Below, one piece after another: positions 63,966-64,000 of a stretch of DNA of 64,000 nucleotides. The stretch is from contig NC_045697.1 of the NCBI RefSeq assembly GCF_009834535.1, positions 24,740,001 through 24,804,000 of the forward strand. Direction: 5' to 3'. The notes under the pieces were generated by a model that worked only from the letters and a program-made list of their open reading frames with translations, was not told the origin of the DNA and did no database searches. Within the stretch, counting starts at the first letter, position 1. Each line of letters begins with the position of its first letter. The position numbers were made by a program, and so were the translations under genes. The stretch is from Camelus ferus. Lineage: Eukaryota.

Positions 63966-64000
63966 ATAACAAACAAAATGGCGGCTAGAGGATATGCTTC

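Overview
AT-rich, CpG-poor mammalian genomic DNA, either intergenic or deep intronic. I find no credible host protein-coding exon, rRNA, tRNA or CRISPR array. The supplied ORFs are chance frames or decayed retroelement frames. The L1 3' UTRs look cetartiodactyl, and I recognise no Alu, BovB/Bov-tA, PRE1 or CHR SINE, so a camelid is the likeliest source (inference). Much of the window is transposon debris: L1, L2, MIR, MaLR/ERVL LTRs, five MER34/MER39-like ERV1 LTRs, an ERVL internal region with a dUTPase remnant, and an internally deleted ERV1 provirus (gag-pro-5'pol, 12940-17479, minus strand) nested in one of the MER34-like LTRs. The most unusual structure is a ~1 kb TSD-flanked composite insertion inside that provirus's 3' LTR. 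It consists of a MER33 piece, unique DNA with a splice-acceptor-like site, and an L1 3' UTR piece. Other candidates are a CTCF site, homotypic GATA and MEIS motif clusters, non-coding exon-like segments and a 16-bp inverted repeat. Repeat family names come from my recall of consensus sequences, boundaries are approximate unless termini or TSDs are quoted, and I ran no searches. I cannot support a claim of a new biological system here.
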